NCBI GenBank assembly: GCA_043798935.1
Contig: JAZDOC010000019.1
Location: forward strand, 10,322 to 74,321
Reading direction: 5' to 3'
Source: Patescibacteria group bacterium
GTDB lineage: Bacteria; Patescibacteriota; Patescibacteriia; UBA9570; JAHJKD01
DNA: 64,000 nucleotides
Shown: one piece after another, positions 63,618 through 64,000 of the stretch
Layout of the letters: every line of letters begins with the position of its first letter
Numbering within the stretch: position 1 is the first letter of the stretch
The notes under the pieces: generated by a model
The model's database searches: none
The model's input: only the letters and a program-made list of their open reading frames with translations
Told to the model about the DNA's origin: nothing
Translations under genes and position numbers: made by a program

Positions 63618-64000
63618 TTACTTAATAATTATATTTTCAATAATAAATGGTGTTGTTTTCACCCAAAAAGGTGAGAATGCTACTTTAACTTCTTTAATCG
63701 AAACAAAATTTTCTAAATATTGTTTAACTTGATTTTCAGTTTTATTGGTTAATTGATTTTTATCAATGAGATCACCCTTTGCATCGATAGTAGCCGTTCC
63801 GGCACATTGAATAGTTACAGAATTAATTCCATTTTCATTAATAAATGAATACTTCGGTGTTTTTTTAACTGTTATTTTAGAATTTTCGTTTTTAATTTGT
63901 TGAAATTCTTGTTTACATATTTTTTTAAGATTATCAGCTGTTAAACTGATATAAAAAATTTCAGCTGTACTATCAACTGCAACACTGCTGGCTTTGTCGC
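63618..64000 (-). CDS. Hypothetical protein, C-terminal part (gene continues beyond window end)
   Basis: The minus-strand frame is open from the window edge to TAA (63618-63620): ...DKASSVAVDSTAEIFYISLTADNLKKICKQEFQQIKNENSKITVKKTPKYSFINENG...FWVKTTPFIIENIIIK*. No motif recognised. Confidence 0.35.
   Translation of the reverse strand, partial: DKASSVAVDSTAEIFYISLTADNLKKICKQEFQQIKNENSKITVKKTPKYSFINENGINSVTIQCAGTATIDAKGDLIDKNQLTNKTENQVKQYLENFVSIKEVKVAFSPFWVKTTPFIIENIIIK

Overview
This window is 64 kb of a very AT-rich, tightly packed bacterial chromosome with about 65 genes, almost all on the + strand. Many genes overlap at ATGA or TAATG junctions, and start codons are rarely preceded by a GGAGG-type Shine-Dalgarno sequence. 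The ORFs are intact under the standard genetic code, so UGA is not reassigned. Most of the content is housekeeping. It includes six aminoacyl-tRNA synthetase genes (ileS with a T-box leader, glyQS, metG, pheS, pheT and thrS) plus gatB. There is a complete F1Fo ATP synthase operon (atpI/Z, B, E, F, H, A, G, D, C) with a consensus promoter, and a secE-nusG-rplK-rplA block driven by a perfect TTGACA-17-TATAAT promoter. A dTMP/dUTP cluster holds dCMP deaminase, an unassigned P-loop kinase, thyX, tmk and dut. A complete NAD cluster (nadE, archaeal-type nadM, nadA, nadC, nadB) is followed by gatB, then a 375-nt gene-free gap (51686-52060). Downstream are a cytosine-deaminase-like amidohydrolase, an argH-like lyase and pyrimidine genes (pyrD/pyrK class 1B, pyrE, pyrF). 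The window also holds tgt, recO, tatD, rmuC, an M16 peptidase, an AI-2E transporter, a CPA2 antiporter, gyrB, a MiaB-family methylthiotransferase and a UvrD helicase fused to an iron-sulfur nuclease. Several things do not fit that housekeeping picture. A ClpB/ClpC-family AAA+ ATPase carries an N-terminal C4 zinc ribbon and transmembrane helices and is translationally coupled to a small membrane protein. A membrane-anchored repeat-domain surface protein follows recO. Four or five orphan genes with distinctly non-native composition sit inside otherwise conserved gene runs (7693-9302; the GDPD-like gene 37964-39763 on the minus strand; 55296-56123; 57837-58796). A 375-nt gene-free region carries a duplicated GGGGC..AATGTTTTATT motif. 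Class 1B DHODH, the T-box, glyQS and the atp gene order are Terrabacteria/Firmicutes-like, but I cannot assign the organism with confidence. No rRNA, tRNA, CRISPR or IS element was recognised.
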